A DNA stretch of 64,000 nucleotides from a virus. The stretch spans positions 20,103 through 84,102 of the IMG/VR virus record IMGVR_UViG_3300025122_000010; one strand, written 5' to 3'. Shown in pieces: positions 47,457 through 57,716 of the stretch (the first letter of the stretch is position 1; every line of letters begins with the position of its first letter). Below the pieces are notes generated by a model, which was not told the origin of the DNA, did no database searches, and saw only the letters and a program-made list of their open reading frames with translations. Both the position numbers and the translations under genes were made by a program.

Positions 47457-47835
47457 ACTACAACACATTTGGGATATACAGTTGGAATCACAAGAATTAG
47501 CTAACAAGGTTTTCAAAAACACAAATGCATGCACACCTGAGGGCTGTCCGGAAGAAAGGGAAGCAAAGTTTAAAGAAAATGTTTTATATCTTATAAAAGA
47601 AGCAACTGAGGTACTAGATGAGATAAACTATAAAAAGCATGTTATCACAAGAAAAGAAATAGATATAGAGAAAGTTAAAGAAGAGCTTGTCGATATATTC
47701 AAGTTCTGGCTTAATCTATGTCTGCTGTTTGGTATAACAGCTGATGATATGGTCAATAAGTTTCTTGAAAAGACTGTTATAGTCAATAACAAATTCAAGG
47801 AAGAAGCAAACAAGGCGAAGAAAAATGATGTTTGA
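47449..47835 (+). CDS. Dimeric dUTPase/MazG-like NTP pyrophosphatase
   Basis: EATEVLDEINYKKH...EELVDIFKF. Confidence 0.8.
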   Translation: MSRLQHIWDIQLESQELANKVFKNTNACTPEGCPEEREAKFKENVLYLIKEATEVLDEINYKKHVITRKEIDIEKVKEELVDIFKFWLNLCLLFGITADDMVNKFLEKTVIVNNKFKEEANKAKKNDV

Positions 47836-48379
47836 AAAGAACATGGAAAAACTAACAACAGATGAGATAGAAAATAGTAAGAGAGGCGAGCTGTCAGCGA
47901 AGATTGTCTATAACACTATTATAGATAACAACTATAATCTATGGTTCATCTGCAATGAAGACGGGACTAGTATGTTTCATGTTGGTTTGACTAATACGAA
48001 TGAAGGCGGCGTCATTGGGTGGTCTAGTTTGCCTTTGTGTTTGAGGTATATAAACCGTAGAGTCGTAAAGAAAGTGCTTTTGAAAGCATTTGGAAGTGCT
48101 CTTGTGCTTTCAAAGATGTCGTTATTTCATCTACGAAATATGCTTAATCCATTCAATGCGGGTGTTCTAGGGACTATAATTGTCAATCCTTGTGAAGATA
48201 ATTTCTTCGTCCCAATACCCTTGACCTATTTTCCGGCAACACACAATAACAAAGAAGAAGACTTAGAATTAGATTTGAATATAGATGAAAACGAATATGT
48301 AAACGTTGAATATAACAAACAAACTAAAGAGTATGAGACTACAGATAATACTGACTATCTGCATTTAATTGAAAGTTAA
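47825..48379 (+). CDS. Hypothetical protein
   Basis: 184-aa ORF. Confidence 0.6.
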   Translation: MMFEKNMEKLTTDEIENSKRGELSAKIVYNTIIDNNYNLWFICNEDGTSMFHVGLTNTNEGGVIGWSSLPLCLRYINRRVVKKVLLKAFGSALVLSKMSLFHLRNMLNPFNAGVLGTIIVNPCEDNFFVPIPLTYFPATHNNKEEDLELDLNIDENEYVNVEYNKQTKEYETTDNTDYLHLIES

Positions 48380-48415
48380 CAACTTTCTTTTATATTTATT
48401 ACAAAGGGACCATAC

Positions 48416-48504
48416 GAGCTAACTGCCTACATAATCAATGCTGATCCTTGTCTCCCAACTATTATCAGCAGAATTTGAATGTGTATCCAGTTAGCTCTTT
48501 TTTT
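48416..48504 (+). ncRNA. Long imperfect hairpin with U-tract (sRNA or terminator)
   Basis: GAGCTAACTG/CAGTTAGCTC, TGCTGAT/ATCAGCA, then T7. Confidence 0.5.
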
Positions 48505-48509
48505 AGGAG

Positions 48510-48905
48510 GTGTTTATGCTTGATATTGATGAGATAATGGAAGTAGATGAAGGGGATCTAAATACAAGAATACCCTTGATAAGGGAGAGTCTAAATAAGT
48601 TAGCACAAAGTATAAGAACAAGATTGCCTGAAAACATGCCAAATACAGAGCTAGTAGAGAAAGAAGATTTTAGATTATGGAGTCTTATAAATCTTATACT
48701 TGAAGGTAGTAACAACGATGAAGAGAACATTGCTTTCAATAGATTGTTGTATTTTCTTTTCGATGGGTGTAAAGGCAACACTTTAGAATTGCTAAGTCAA
48801 TTTGATTTAGAAGTAAAAACAAATGAATCAGGAAACTTTGTTTTTAATCTTATTGTAAATGAAGGAGAGTTTGAAGATGAACAAACCACCGAACTCAGGC
48901 CATGA
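48510..48905 (+). CDS. Hypothetical protein
   Basis: AGGAGG RBS. Confidence 0.65.
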   Translation: MFMLDIDEIMEVDEGDLNTRIPLIRESLNKLAQSIRTRLPENMPNTELVEKEDFRLWSLINLILEGSNNDEENIAFNRLLYFLFDGCKGNTLELLSQFDLEVKTNESGNFVFNLIVNEGEFEDEQTTELRP

Positions 48906-49410
48906 CGACGAACTCATTGCAGTTACTGGCTTGATTGAAACCACTCTTATTGATTTAGGTAATGCAAGACTTATGATTCTTAATTCTTTAGCTAAATTAG
49001 ATAGTGCTTTTAGATATAGGAAAGTGAAAGAGCACCTAGGGATAAATAAATTCTTTGAATTCACTCAAGCTCATAATAAAGCTATTGCTCTGACTTCTTA
49101 TATAATGCCAGATATTGCTGAGCTTGTAAAACGTCTATATAAATTCGGTGACTCCCTGAACCAGGAAGCAAATAGACAACATGAAATGTCTGATGAAGAT
49201 TATCACCCTCCAGAGAGTGGTGTAAGTGACAACCTTACTGAGCAAATCAATAATTTAATGAAGGGTTCTATGGATTACGTCCAACAACAGGTTAACAATT
49301 TGGAGACAAATAAAAATGATGAACAACCCAGTGAAGAACAAGATAGTGAAGAAGCCCCGGAAAAAGAGACGCCCGAAGAAGATCAGGATGGAAGTGGAGA
49401 CCAAAACTAA
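48859..49410 (+). CDS. Hypothetical protein
   Basis: ORF with acidic tail. Confidence 0.6.
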   Translation: MKESLKMNKPPNSGHDDELIAVTGLIETTLIDLGNARLMILNSLAKLDSAFRYRKVKEHLGINKFFEFTQAHNKAIALTSYIMPDIAELVKRLYKFGDSLNQEANRQHEMSDEDYHPPESGVSDNLTEQINNLMKGSMDYVQQQVNNLETNKNDEQPSEEQDSEEAPEKETPEEDQDGSGDQN

Positions 49411-49708
49411 AAATTGGGAATTCGGATTGTCTTTTACTGTTTTTCATAAACCCCCTAAAGAACTAGTTCCCACTAAAGAAGATATAGGAAAGTATTTAGA
49501 GGGTGCTGGATATAGTGAGAAAGACTATTTCAAACTCATTGAATTCAATAAGAATGATGTACTTACAATAAATTCTAGAGGCTCATTTCAAACATTCAAT
49601 AAAGATAGTGTAATTTTACATAGAAACGAAGACATAAGACATCAAACTGTAACTCTTAAAGATATACTACTCAAAGCAAAAACGAGAAGGAAGAAGGGGA
49701 GAAAATGA
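49316..49708 (+). CDS. Hypothetical protein (start probably later)
   Basis: ORF in operon. Confidence 0.55.
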   Translation: MMNNPVKNKIVKKPRKKRRPKKIRMEVETKTKNWEFGLSFTVFHKPPKELVPTKEDIGKYLEGAGYSEKDYFKLIEFNKNDVLTINSRGSFQTFNKDSVILHRNEDIRHQTVTLKDILLKAKTRRKKGRK

Positions 49709-49983
49709 ATGAGGGAATTGTTGAAAAGAAAGTAATAACTCTACAAGATTTTGACTCAAAGGGAGTCAACCCTGCAGATTTAGAACCACTGGATTATTTC
49801 AATGCTTTATCTAGAAGAGTAAGCCAAATTGAAAAACTTTATGCAATGTTCAGAGTTAGGATGGTAAACCTTGAAACTGAATTAGGGATGCAGGCGGAAA
49901 CCTCAAACAAAATAGAGAAAAGAATTGAATCGCTGGAAAAAGCTATTAGAGAGCAAAAAAACAAGGATGCAGAATCAGTATAG
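49705..49983 (+). CDS. Hypothetical coiled-coil protein
   Basis: ATGA overlap. Confidence 0.6.
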   Translation: MNEGIVEKKVITLQDFDSKGVNPADLEPLDYFNALSRRVSQIEKLYAMFRVRMVNLETELGMQAETSNKIEKRIESLEKAIREQKNKDAESV

Positions 49984-50365
49984 AGAGTTAGCTAATTTTG
50001 AGAGGCGCTCACCTGGTCCTTATAGAAAAAGTTTGAAGAGAACTAAGCCCGAAAGAATGATGATTAAACTCTTAGATGAGTTGGTGTTAGACTATGTTGC
50101 TGAGTTCCCTGTAAGCTATGGTGGTGGATGGAAAGTGTTTGACTTCCTCGTTGAAGGCAAAATAGTTGTTGAAGTAGATGGGGACTATGTTCATGGAAAT
50201 GCTGAACTTATTAACATAAACTATGCTCACTTGAAAACTAAAAAGAACGACTTATCAAAGAGCTGGATAGCAAAAGAAAAAGGCTATATAATGCTGAGAT
50301 TTTGGGCATCAGAATTAGAGCGTGATCCAGAATTTGTGAAACACACAATAATAGAAAATCTATGA
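49925..50365 (+). CDS. Vsr/DUF559-like endonuclease
   Basis: TKPE, FDFLVE, VEVDGDYVH, MLRFWASE. Confidence 0.8.
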   Translation: MNRWKKLLESKKTRMQNQYRELANFERRSPGPYRKSLKRTKPERMMIKLLDELVLDYVAEFPVSYGGGWKVFDFLVEGKIVVEVDGDYVHGNAELININYAHLKTKKNDLSKSWIAKEKGYIMLRFWASELERDPEFVKHTIIENL

Positions 50366-50378
50366 CGGAGAAAACAAA

Positions 50379-50861
50379 TTGGCAACGTTTAGAAATCTAA
50401 AAATCATAAAATTTGACAATATAGCTGTAAAAGGAGAATATGAGTATAAAGAAAAGCCCTGGATAATAATATTTCTAGTGGGCTTCAAGATGGGCCCTAC
50501 TGAACATGCAGAAACATACTTCAAGAATGAAGGTGAGATGCAAAGCTATATAGCAAACAGAAAATTAGGCAAGAATGGTTTGGGCCTTGATGCTGAAAAG
50601 GCACTCCCCACTGGCTGGCTTTGGGCTGGTTTGAGATATTCATACGACCATAACCCCAGACAATTTACGTTTGGAAAGACAACATCTTTCCAAGTCGAGT
50701 TCAATGCAGAAGTGCCAGAAGAAGTAGAAAAAATGGGTGATCAAGGAGCTAAGAAATTTATTGAAGCTGAGTTCAAGAGGATTGCTAAGAAATTCTCAGA
50801 AATTCCGAATTTACAAAGTGACGATTTGTTTACAATCAAGCCTGCAACTTCTATAAAATGA
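50379..50861 (+). CDS. Hypothetical protein
   Basis: GGAG RBS, TTG start. Confidence 0.6.
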   Translation: MATFRNLKIIKFDNIAVKGEYEYKEKPWIIIFLVGFKMGPTEHAETYFKNEGEMQSYIANRKLGKNGLGLDAEKALPTGWLWAGLRYSYDHNPRQFTFGKTTSFQVEFNAEVPEEVEKMGDQGAKKFIEAEFKRIAKKFSEIPNLQSDDLFTIKPATSIK

Positions 50862-50869
50862 GGTGACAA

Positions 50870-51607
50870 ATGAAAGTGTTTTATAACTACTCTTTGAAAG
50901 GTGGTTGGTTTTTAAACACAGCAAACAACACATTTGAGAAAGTCTCTAAAAGATATATTGAACATGTCCCTGATGGGAGATTGTTCAAAGAAGTAAAGCC
51001 AAAGAAATATAGAGTCTTAAGAACTGAAGCTAAAGAAGTATTAGAGAGCTTAAATAGAGACTTAGAATTGAAAGCACTTGAAGTTGAAGAAGTAACTGAA
51101 TTTGCAGAACTTGAGATAATAGCACTCATCCAACCGGAATTAGCAAATAGAAAAAAGGGATGTAAGTATATTCTCAAACCACTTGAATGTGAATTCTATT
51201 CTATCAGTAAAGAACTCTATGCAACTCAAGGATTCAGTAAATTCAAGAGAGGTAGTGTGCTTCGTTTAGAGAAAGGTAAATGGAGAAAGCTGTTTGATAA
51301 ACTACCCACAACAGCAGATGACATAGCATTACAAAAGATTGAAGAACAGGTTGGAGATAATTTACTTTCTTGGATTTCTGAATTAAAATACAGTGAGAGG
51401 TGCAATGAATGTGTCAACATATGTAAACAACCAGAATATTTTGAGTTAATAGGTTGTAAAATCTTCAAGAAGAAAGAGGAACAGAATGAAAGAAAAAGTA
51501 GAAGTACAAGAGGTAATAGACGAAGTAGTGGAAGCACTAAACAAAAACCTGTTCAAGTCAGAAGAAGTGACACAGGAAAGAAAAGGCGCAGTAAAAGAGC
51601 TGTTTGA
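50870..51607 (+). CDS. Hypothetical protein
   Basis: 245-aa ORF with CxxCxxxC. Confidence 0.6.
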   Translation: MKVFYNYSLKGGWFLNTANNTFEKVSKRYIEHVPDGRLFKEVKPKKYRVLRTEAKEVLESLNRDLELKALEVEEVTEFAELEIIALIQPELANRKKGCKYILKPLECEFYSISKELYATQGFSKFKRGSVLRLEKGKWRKLFDKLPTTADDIALQKIEEQVGDNLLSWISELKYSERCNECVNICKQPEYFELIGCKIFKKKEEQNERKSRSTRGNRRSSGSTKQKPVQVRRSDTGKKRRSKRAV

Positions 51608-52109
51608 AGAACTAGGTGACAGATATTTTGTAGCCCCTGCAGCATTGAAGAAAGATTATCACTCATGCTTTCCTGGAGGGCTGGCATATCACTCATTGAA
51701 TGTAGTCAAGATAGCTCTTAAATTGAATGAAGCACTTGAAACAGATGTAAGTAATGATTCAATAGTTATTGTTGGATTGCTACATGATATAGGGAAAATC
51801 GGATCAGTTGGTGAGAATCCCAAGCCATATTGTAAAGATCAAGAGTCTTCATGGCATAGGGAAAAGCTAGGACAGCTCTACATATACAACGATGAGTTAA
51901 AGGATGGTTTGACAGTTCCTCAGAGATCACTTCGTATTTTACAAGCATTTAATGTCAATCTTTCTGACTCTGAATATACTGCAATTCTGTATCATGATGG
52001 TTTGTATTTGGAGCAAAACAGAACTCCTGAGTGCATGTATTCAAAAGATGCATTGATGAGAATTATACAGATAGCAGATAGTTATAGTGCTTTAGTTATG
52101 GAGATATAA
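51486..52109 (+). CDS. HD-domain phosphohydrolase
   Basis: GGLAYHSLNV, LLHDIGK, ILYHDG, IAD. Confidence 0.85.
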   Translation: MKEKVEVQEVIDEVVEALNKNLFKSEEVTQERKGAVKELFEELGDRYFVAPAALKKDYHSCFPGGLAYHSLNVVKIALKLNEALETDVSNDSIVIVGLLHDIGKIGSVGENPKPYCKDQESSWHREKLGQLYIYNDELKDGLTVPQRSLRILQAFNVNLSDSEYTAILYHDGLYLEQNRTPECMYSKDALMRIIQIADSYSALVMEI

Positions 52110-52110
52110 T

Positions 52111-52443
52111 ATGTTTATGTATGTTGTTATAGTTGCTCTTGTTCTTTCCTCAATCATTTCTTTTGTTTTAGGAGTGCTGTTGTACAGGTCGATAAACAGG
52201 GCAACTTATTTAGAAACAGTATTCGAAAGTATGCATAGCAACCTTGGAACTTTTACCGTATTTTGTGAGAGCATTCTTAATAAACCATTGTATTCTAACG
52301 AACCAGTTCTTATGAATATGTTGTTGCAGATAAAAGAGCTCTATTCATTTTTGAGAACAGTTGAAGACTTTTATACATTTGATTTAGAGCTAACAGATGA
52401 TAATATGAAATTGGAGAAAGACAGTGTCGAAGAAGTTGAGTGA
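52111..52443 (+). CDS. Membrane-anchored hypothetical protein
   Basis: N-terminal transmembrane segment. Confidence 0.6.
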   Translation: MFMYVVIVALVLSSIISFVLGVLLYRSINRATYLETVFESMHSNLGTFTVFCESILNKPLYSNEPVLMNMLLQIKELYSFLRTVEDFYTFDLELTDDNMKLEKDSVEEVE

Positions 52444-52921
52444 TATTAAAATATTTGAAGATATGACAGTTGACCAAGTGTTTAGTGAAATTTTTAGTAG
52501 AAGCACTGAAGAACGCGAACGTGCATTAAAAGTTTTCGATGAGATAACATCCCAACTCGAGGGAAAAGAAGACGTGTTCATGATTGGTGATAAAGCAAAT
52601 CCATATTTGGAGATAGCACAAAAATCTACTGACAACCTAACTAAAATGCTGGCAACAGTGCAGAGATTCCTTGATGTTGGAGAAGATCCTGAATCATCAA
52701 ATGACAAAGGAGAGCTCCTTAAGATTCTTAGTGAAAATAATTCACTTCCAGAAGAAATGAAAGAAAGAGATAAAGATTGTGAAGGGGAAGCTGGCGCTGA
52801 TGATGCATCTCTAACTGGGTATGATTTTTCAATTTTGGGGATAGACACAGAAAAGGAGAAGCCGAAAGAGCTAAAATTTAAAATAGGAATGCCCGATGAA
52901 AATTTAGAAAGGTTTAAATGA
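52424..52921 (+). CDS. Hypothetical protein
   Basis: 165-aa ORF. Confidence 0.6.
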   Translation: MSKKLSDIKIFEDMTVDQVFSEIFSRSTEERERALKVFDEITSQLEGKEDVFMIGDKANPYLEIAQKSTDNLTKMLATVQRFLDVGEDPESSNDKGELLKILSENNSLPEEMKERDKDCEGEAGADDASLTGYDFSILGIDTEKEKPKELKFKIGMPDENLERFK

Positions 52922-53430
52922 CACTTGGATTAGATATAAACACAAATTCAACTGGATATGCTGTACTAGACAAAGATGAGAAATTAATAAAATATGGTTG
53001 TATAGATACTTCAAAAGAAAAAGATTATTTCGATAAAGCTGCGAAGTTCGCTCTCCAGACTGCTGATGTGTTTGGAGAGCTTTCTTTTGAAAGAATCGGA
53101 ATAGAAGATATAATAGGCAAATTTGCTAGTGGTCGTTCCAGTGTAAAGATAATAATTGCATTAGCACAATTCAATGCACTGGCTAGTTTTCAGTGCTATG
53201 TGTTATGCAAAACAAAGCCTGAACATATAAATGTGAATAGAGCAAGGAGCCTTGCATTAGGTTTTAGTATTCCAAGGGGTGTAAATAAGAAAGAGTTTAT
53301 ATTAAAACTAGTTAGTGAATGGTATCCAGAAATTGAATGGCCGATGATGAAGAGAAAAAAAGCGCTTGCAAAAGAAGCATACGATATTTCAGATGCTATA
53401 ATAGTAGCTAAGGCAGTTTTGAGACTATGA
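52918..53430 (+). CDS. RuvC-like Holliday junction resolvase
   Basis: LGLDINTNSTGYAV, IGIED, DISDAIIVA. Confidence 0.8.
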   Translation: MTLGLDINTNSTGYAVLDKDEKLIKYGCIDTSKEKDYFDKAAKFALQTADVFGELSFERIGIEDIIGKFASGRSSVKIIIALAQFNALASFQCYVLCKTKPEHINVNRARSLALGFSIPRGVNKKEFILKLVSEWYPEIEWPMMKRKKALAKEAYDISDAIIVAKAVLRL

Positions 53431-54437
53431 CAAAAGAGCAAGAACTTCGTGTTTTAATAAGCATATTGGGTGACTTCAAATCATATGACAATAACGACAA
53501 TTATGTTTTCCGTTGTCCGAATTGCAATCATAGGACTGCCCATCTTGCTGTCCAATTAGTAACACAGAAGTATCATTGCTTTATATGCGAATTCAGTGGA
53601 ATAGGACATGAGAGAAGCTTAAGAAGACTTGGCTTTTATAGACAAAGCAAGTTGTTTTCTGAAAAATCAGCAATATATAAGAGCTTCTCTAAAGAATATA
53701 TTGAAAGCTTGATAAGAGGTGACACACTCAATTTAAGCTATACTCAAACTGAAGACTTATTTATCCCAGCACATTATGAATATTTGTATAGAAATAGACA
53801 TAAATTTCTTTTCAATGTGGGATATAACTATCTTTTAAGTCGAGGTGTTGATGATGATGACTTGATAAAATACAATGTGTATTATTCAATTGAAGAAAGA
53901 AGAATTTTGATACCTTCTTTTGATTGCGACTTCAAACTAAACTATTACATTACTAGATCTGTAGATGATGGCGTATATAGCAAATATCTGAATCCAAAGT
54001 CAAACAAGACAAACTTGATATTCAATGAGTTCTTGATAGATTGGAGTTCAGAATTGATTCTTGTTGAAGGTGTGTTTGATGCAATATTATCAAGGAAAAA
54101 CTCTGTTCCGTTGTTGGGTTCAAGCATGAACAAAAGCACAAAGCTGTTTAGAGAAATAAAGAAGAACAACACACCAGTTGTCTTGGCTTTAGATCCAGAC
54201 GCACTTGATAAGCAGTGTAAAATAGCTGAGTTGTTGTTTAAAAACAATATATCGGTTTGCTCTTTAGATATGAGTAAAGAGAAAGGCGATGTTGCAGAAA
54301 TAGGTTGTGATAGACTTGACAGTTTGATAAGTTCTTCAAGTAGTTTTGATTTTACTCAATTGGTTCAATCTCACATGATAACTGGAGGCAGAATTGAGAA
54401 TAGCACACACAGCAGACTGGCACATACGCTTACTTAA
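53427..54437 (+). CDS. DNA primase (Zn finger plus TOPRIM)
   Basis: CPNC..H...CFIC, KYLNP, LVEGVFDAI, LALDPDA. Confidence 0.9.
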   Translation: MTKEQELRVLISILGDFKSYDNNDNYVFRCPNCNHRTAHLAVQLVTQKYHCFICEFSGIGHERSLRRLGFYRQSKLFSEKSAIYKSFSKEYIESLIRGDTLNLSYTQTEDLFIPAHYEYLYRNRHKFLFNVGYNYLLSRGVDDDDLIKYNVYYSIEERRILIPSFDCDFKLNYYITRSVDDGVYSKYLNPKSNKTNLIFNEFLIDWSSELILVEGVFDAILSRKNSVPLLGSSMNKSTKLFREIKKNNTPVVLALDPDALDKQCKIAELLFKNNISVCSLDMSKEKGDVAEIGCDRLDSLISSSSSFDFTQLVQSHMITGGRIENSTHSRLAHTLT

Positions 54438-57400
54438 GAGACACAAAGAGTATAGAAAAGTATTTAAGGGCTTTAAAGACTCATTGATAAAAAATGAAAT
54501 AGATTTAATCGTAGTTGCTGGAGATGTGTTTCATAATAAAACAAGCTTATCTCCAGAAGCTATGAATTTAGCAACAGATATTTTTTCAGAACTATCAGAA
54601 GACTTTGACATCCATATTATCCCAGGGAACCATGATTGTATTGTAAACTTGCCAGGTAGATTAGATGCTATATCACCTGTGTTAAGACACACTCCTAATA
54701 AATCTAACAACAACCTATTCTTATACAAGAATAGCGGATTGTTCTATGATGAAAAGCATAAGATTTGTTTTGGTGTGTTCTGTATAAATGATGAAGCAAA
54801 TTTTCCAGTTGAAATAAAAGAAAGAATTGAAGACTATACTTATATTGCTTTATTCCACGGAGCATTGGATAAAGCAGTAACTGACGTTCACTATGTCTTA
54901 AACACTAGATATACTTGTAACATGTTTAAAGAGTATGATCTAGCATTGCTTGGTGACATACATAAGCATCAAGTGCTACTCAATGATGTTTCTAACTTCC
55001 CAAGAGTGGTATATCCTGGAGCACTCATACAACAAAACTTTGGTGAATCACTAGAAAAAGGATATGTAATTTGGGATTTAGACAAGAAGACTTGTGATTT
55101 TGAAAGAATGGAGAATGATCACGGTTACTATACAATGAAGATTTCTAAAGATGATGATGTAGATAGTGTAATAAGAAACATTTCTGATATGCCCAAATTT
55201 CCTAGTATAAGAGTTTTTATAGAGAGTTCTAGATACAACCAAGTTACATTGAGAAATATTGCTTCTACTATAAAAGAAATATACAATCCAACTACTCTTT
55301 CTATTGAAGTTGATAGTGAAACAATTATAAATGACTTGGAATTTGGTGACTTGAAAGTTGAAGATGTTTCTCAACTACATGTTCAACAGAAACTATTAAG
55401 AGACTGGTTTGCAGCATATGATGTGACAAATGTAGAATTAGAAAAGATTATGAATATGCATAGTAATTTTTTCTATTCTAATGTTGAAGATGAAGAGCAA
55501 ATACATAGAGGCACTAAATGGTCTGTTGATAACATGAAGTTCTCTAATACATTCTCTTATGGTAAAGACAACTCAATAGATTTCAATAACCTTAAGGGAC
55601 TAGTAGGAATATTCTCACCAAACAAAACTGGTAAATCAGCATTGCTAACAACCCTATTGAATGGTTTGTTTAATCTATCAGATAGAGTGTCCAGGAGAAA
55701 TCTCGCTGAATTGATAAACTTCAAAGAGAACTCAGCAAGCATAAACATCGAATTGTCAGTTGATAACAAGCGGTTTCGTATTGATAGAGAAATAGAGAAA
55801 TATGACGTTGAAAGAAATAAGGGACAATCTAAAGTTCAACTAGTAGATATAACTGATGATGAAGTTCTACTGTCTGGTGAATCAACTAAAAATGAAACAG
55901 AAAGAATATTGAGAAATATGATTGGTAGTTTTAATGATCATAGTATGATAACATTCGGAATGCAAGACAAGCTTACTAGCTTCATTGATTTGAATCAGTC
56001 ATTAAGAAAAGAAACTCTTTCAAGGTTTCTTGGTATTGATGTTATAGACAACTTGTTCTCTACAATAAAGACTGAATGTGATAGCTTGTCAAAGCTTATA
56101 CAACAATATAAGAACCATGACTTTACATCAATACTTTCTGCTTACACTGAACAGAAAAGTAAAGTAGAAAAAGAGATTGAAAGCTCAGAAGCATTGAAAA
56201 CTGAAATATCTAAAGAAGTCAACAATGTAAGAAACAACATAAGTTCAATGCAAGAGACATTATTTAATATTGATGGAGTCGAATATAGTGAAGAAGAGAT
56301 TCTTAAGAGTGTAGGTTCCTTTAAAGAAGCAATTAAAGAAAACAAAGAAAAAATATCTGATCTTGTTTCAAGAGAGAAAATCTATAAAGAAAGCAACAGT
56401 GGATTGAAACTACAATTAGAGAGCTTTGATAAGAGTGAAATCGATGAATTCATTTCAAAGCTCAATAATAATAGAGAGATGCTTCAAGCAGTAAGGAACT
56501 CCATTATATTGCTTAAGAAGGATATAAAGAACGCTAGTAGAATGGCAGGAAATCTAGAGAAGCATGACTGGTTTGAGAGCAATGAACTTTGTAAGAAATG
56601 CTCCTTCCTTTCAGATGCTTTTGGTGCTAAGAAATCTTTGGAAAACTACACTCTTCAAATTGAAGAAAAGCAAATAGAAGAAGAAAGAGCCAAGGAGAAA
56701 ACTGATAGATATGAGAATGCTGAAGAAAGACTAAGAGATTACCAAGCAATAGTAACTGAAATAGAGAGCAACAGAAGGAAATTGGAGCTTAATACCATAG
56801 AAATCGAATCACATCGGAACAAGTTGAATGGCAACAAGATAGAGTTATCATTATTTGAAGAATTGCAAAAACGTTATAAGAGAAACAAAGAGCAAATTGA
56901 ACATAACAGTGTGACTAAAGAGCTAATAGAGAAGCAACGTTCTGGTCTATCTGTATTCGAAGGTCAACTATCTAAAGTTGACAAGATGATAAATACAAAA
57001 AATTCAGAGTTAGGAACGATACTACAAAAGATTAATGACCTAGATGATTCAATAAAAGAGCTAGTTAAAATTGAAGAGCAGTTTAGACTTGCATCTTTAC
57101 TCAAAGACGCTCTTTCTAAAGACGGTATACCATTACAGATTATAGAGCAAGTCATACCAAGAATTAATGCTGAGTTAGTTAAGATACTATCAAATGTAGT
57201 AGATTTTGGTATAATATTTGAAATTGATAAAGAGTCTAAAGATATTGATATTTATATAGATGACGGAGATTGTGTTAGATCTATAAGCTTGGGTTCTGGA
57301 ATGGAAAGAACTATAAGCTCAATTGCTTTAAGAGCCGCTATAGCTAATATATCATTAATACCTAGTTGTAACTTGTTTATTATAGATGAGGGCTTTGGAA

Positions 57401-57573
57401 CTCTAGACTCTGATAATTTGAATAACATGAACATGATGCTTGGGTATCTAAAATCTACATTTGATACTGTTATAGTTATCTCGCATATTCAAGAAATGCA
57501 AGACATCTGTGACTATATAATATCAATTGAAAGAGATGAGAATGGGTATTCAAAGTTGAAGATTGGAGCATAG
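54394..57573 (+). CDS. SbcD/Mre11 nuclease fused to SbcC/Rad50 ATPase
   Basis: ADWH, AGDVFH, GNHD, LGDIH; NKTGKS Walker A, CKKC hook, GSGME signature, IIDEGFGTLD, ISH. Confidence 0.9.
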   Translation: MRIAHTADWHIRLLKRHKEYRKVFKGFKDSLIKNEIDLIVVAGDVFHNKTSLSPEAMNLATDIFSELSEDFDIHIIPGNHDCIVNLPGRLDAISPVLRHTPNKSNNNLFLYKNSGLFYDEKHKICFGVFCINDEANFPVEIKERIEDYTYIALFHGALDKAVTDVHYVLNTRYTCNMFKEYDLALLGDIHKHQVLLNDVSNFPRVVYPGALIQQNFGESLEKGYVIWDLDKKTCDFERMENDHGYYTMKISKDDDVDSVIRNISDMPKFPSIRVFIESSRYNQVTLRNIASTIKEIYNPTTLSIEVDSETIINDLEFGDLKVEDVSQLHVQQKLLRDWFAAYDVTNVELEKIMNMHSNFFYSNVEDEEQIHRGTKWSVDNMKFSNTFSYGKDNSIDFNNLKGLVGIFSPNKTGKSALLTTLLNGLFNLSDRVSRRNLAELINFKENSASINIELSVDNKRFRIDREIEKYDVERNKGQSKVQLVDITDDEVLLSGESTKNETERILRNMIGSFNDHSMITFGMQDKLTSFIDLNQSLRKETLSRFLGIDVIDNLFSTIKTECDSLSKLIQQYKNHDFTSILSAYTEQKSKVEKEIESSEALKTEISKEVNNVRNNISSMQETLFNIDGVEYSEEEILKSVGSFKEAIKENKEKISDLVSREKIYKESNSGLKLQLESFDKSEIDEFISKLNNNREMLQAVRNSIILLKKDIKNASRMAGNLEKHDWFESNELCKKCSFLSDAFGAKKSLENYTLQIEEKQIEEERAKEKTDRYENAEERLRDYQAIVTEIESNRRKLELNTIEIESHRNKLNGNKIELSLFEELQKRYKRNKEQIEHNSVTKELIEKQRSGLSVFEGQLSKVDKMINTKNSELGTILQKINDLDDSIKELVKIEEQFRLASLLKDALSKDGIPLQIIEQVIPRINAELVKILSNVVDFGIIFEIDKESKDIDIYIDDGDCVRSISLGSGMERTISSIALRAAIANISLIPSCNLFIIDEGFGTLDSDNLNNMNMMLGYLKSTFDTVIVISHIQEMQDICDYIISIERDENGYSKLKIGA

Positions 57574-57716
57574 TGATTGATTACGATGAGATTCTTGACA
57601 ACATAAATAAAATAAGCTCAGGCAACCACAAAAGAACACAATCTAGAATTTGAAAAAATATTTGAAACAAATCATAAATACGGAATTACAGTATGGAAGT
57701 ATCATAAGGAGGTGAC

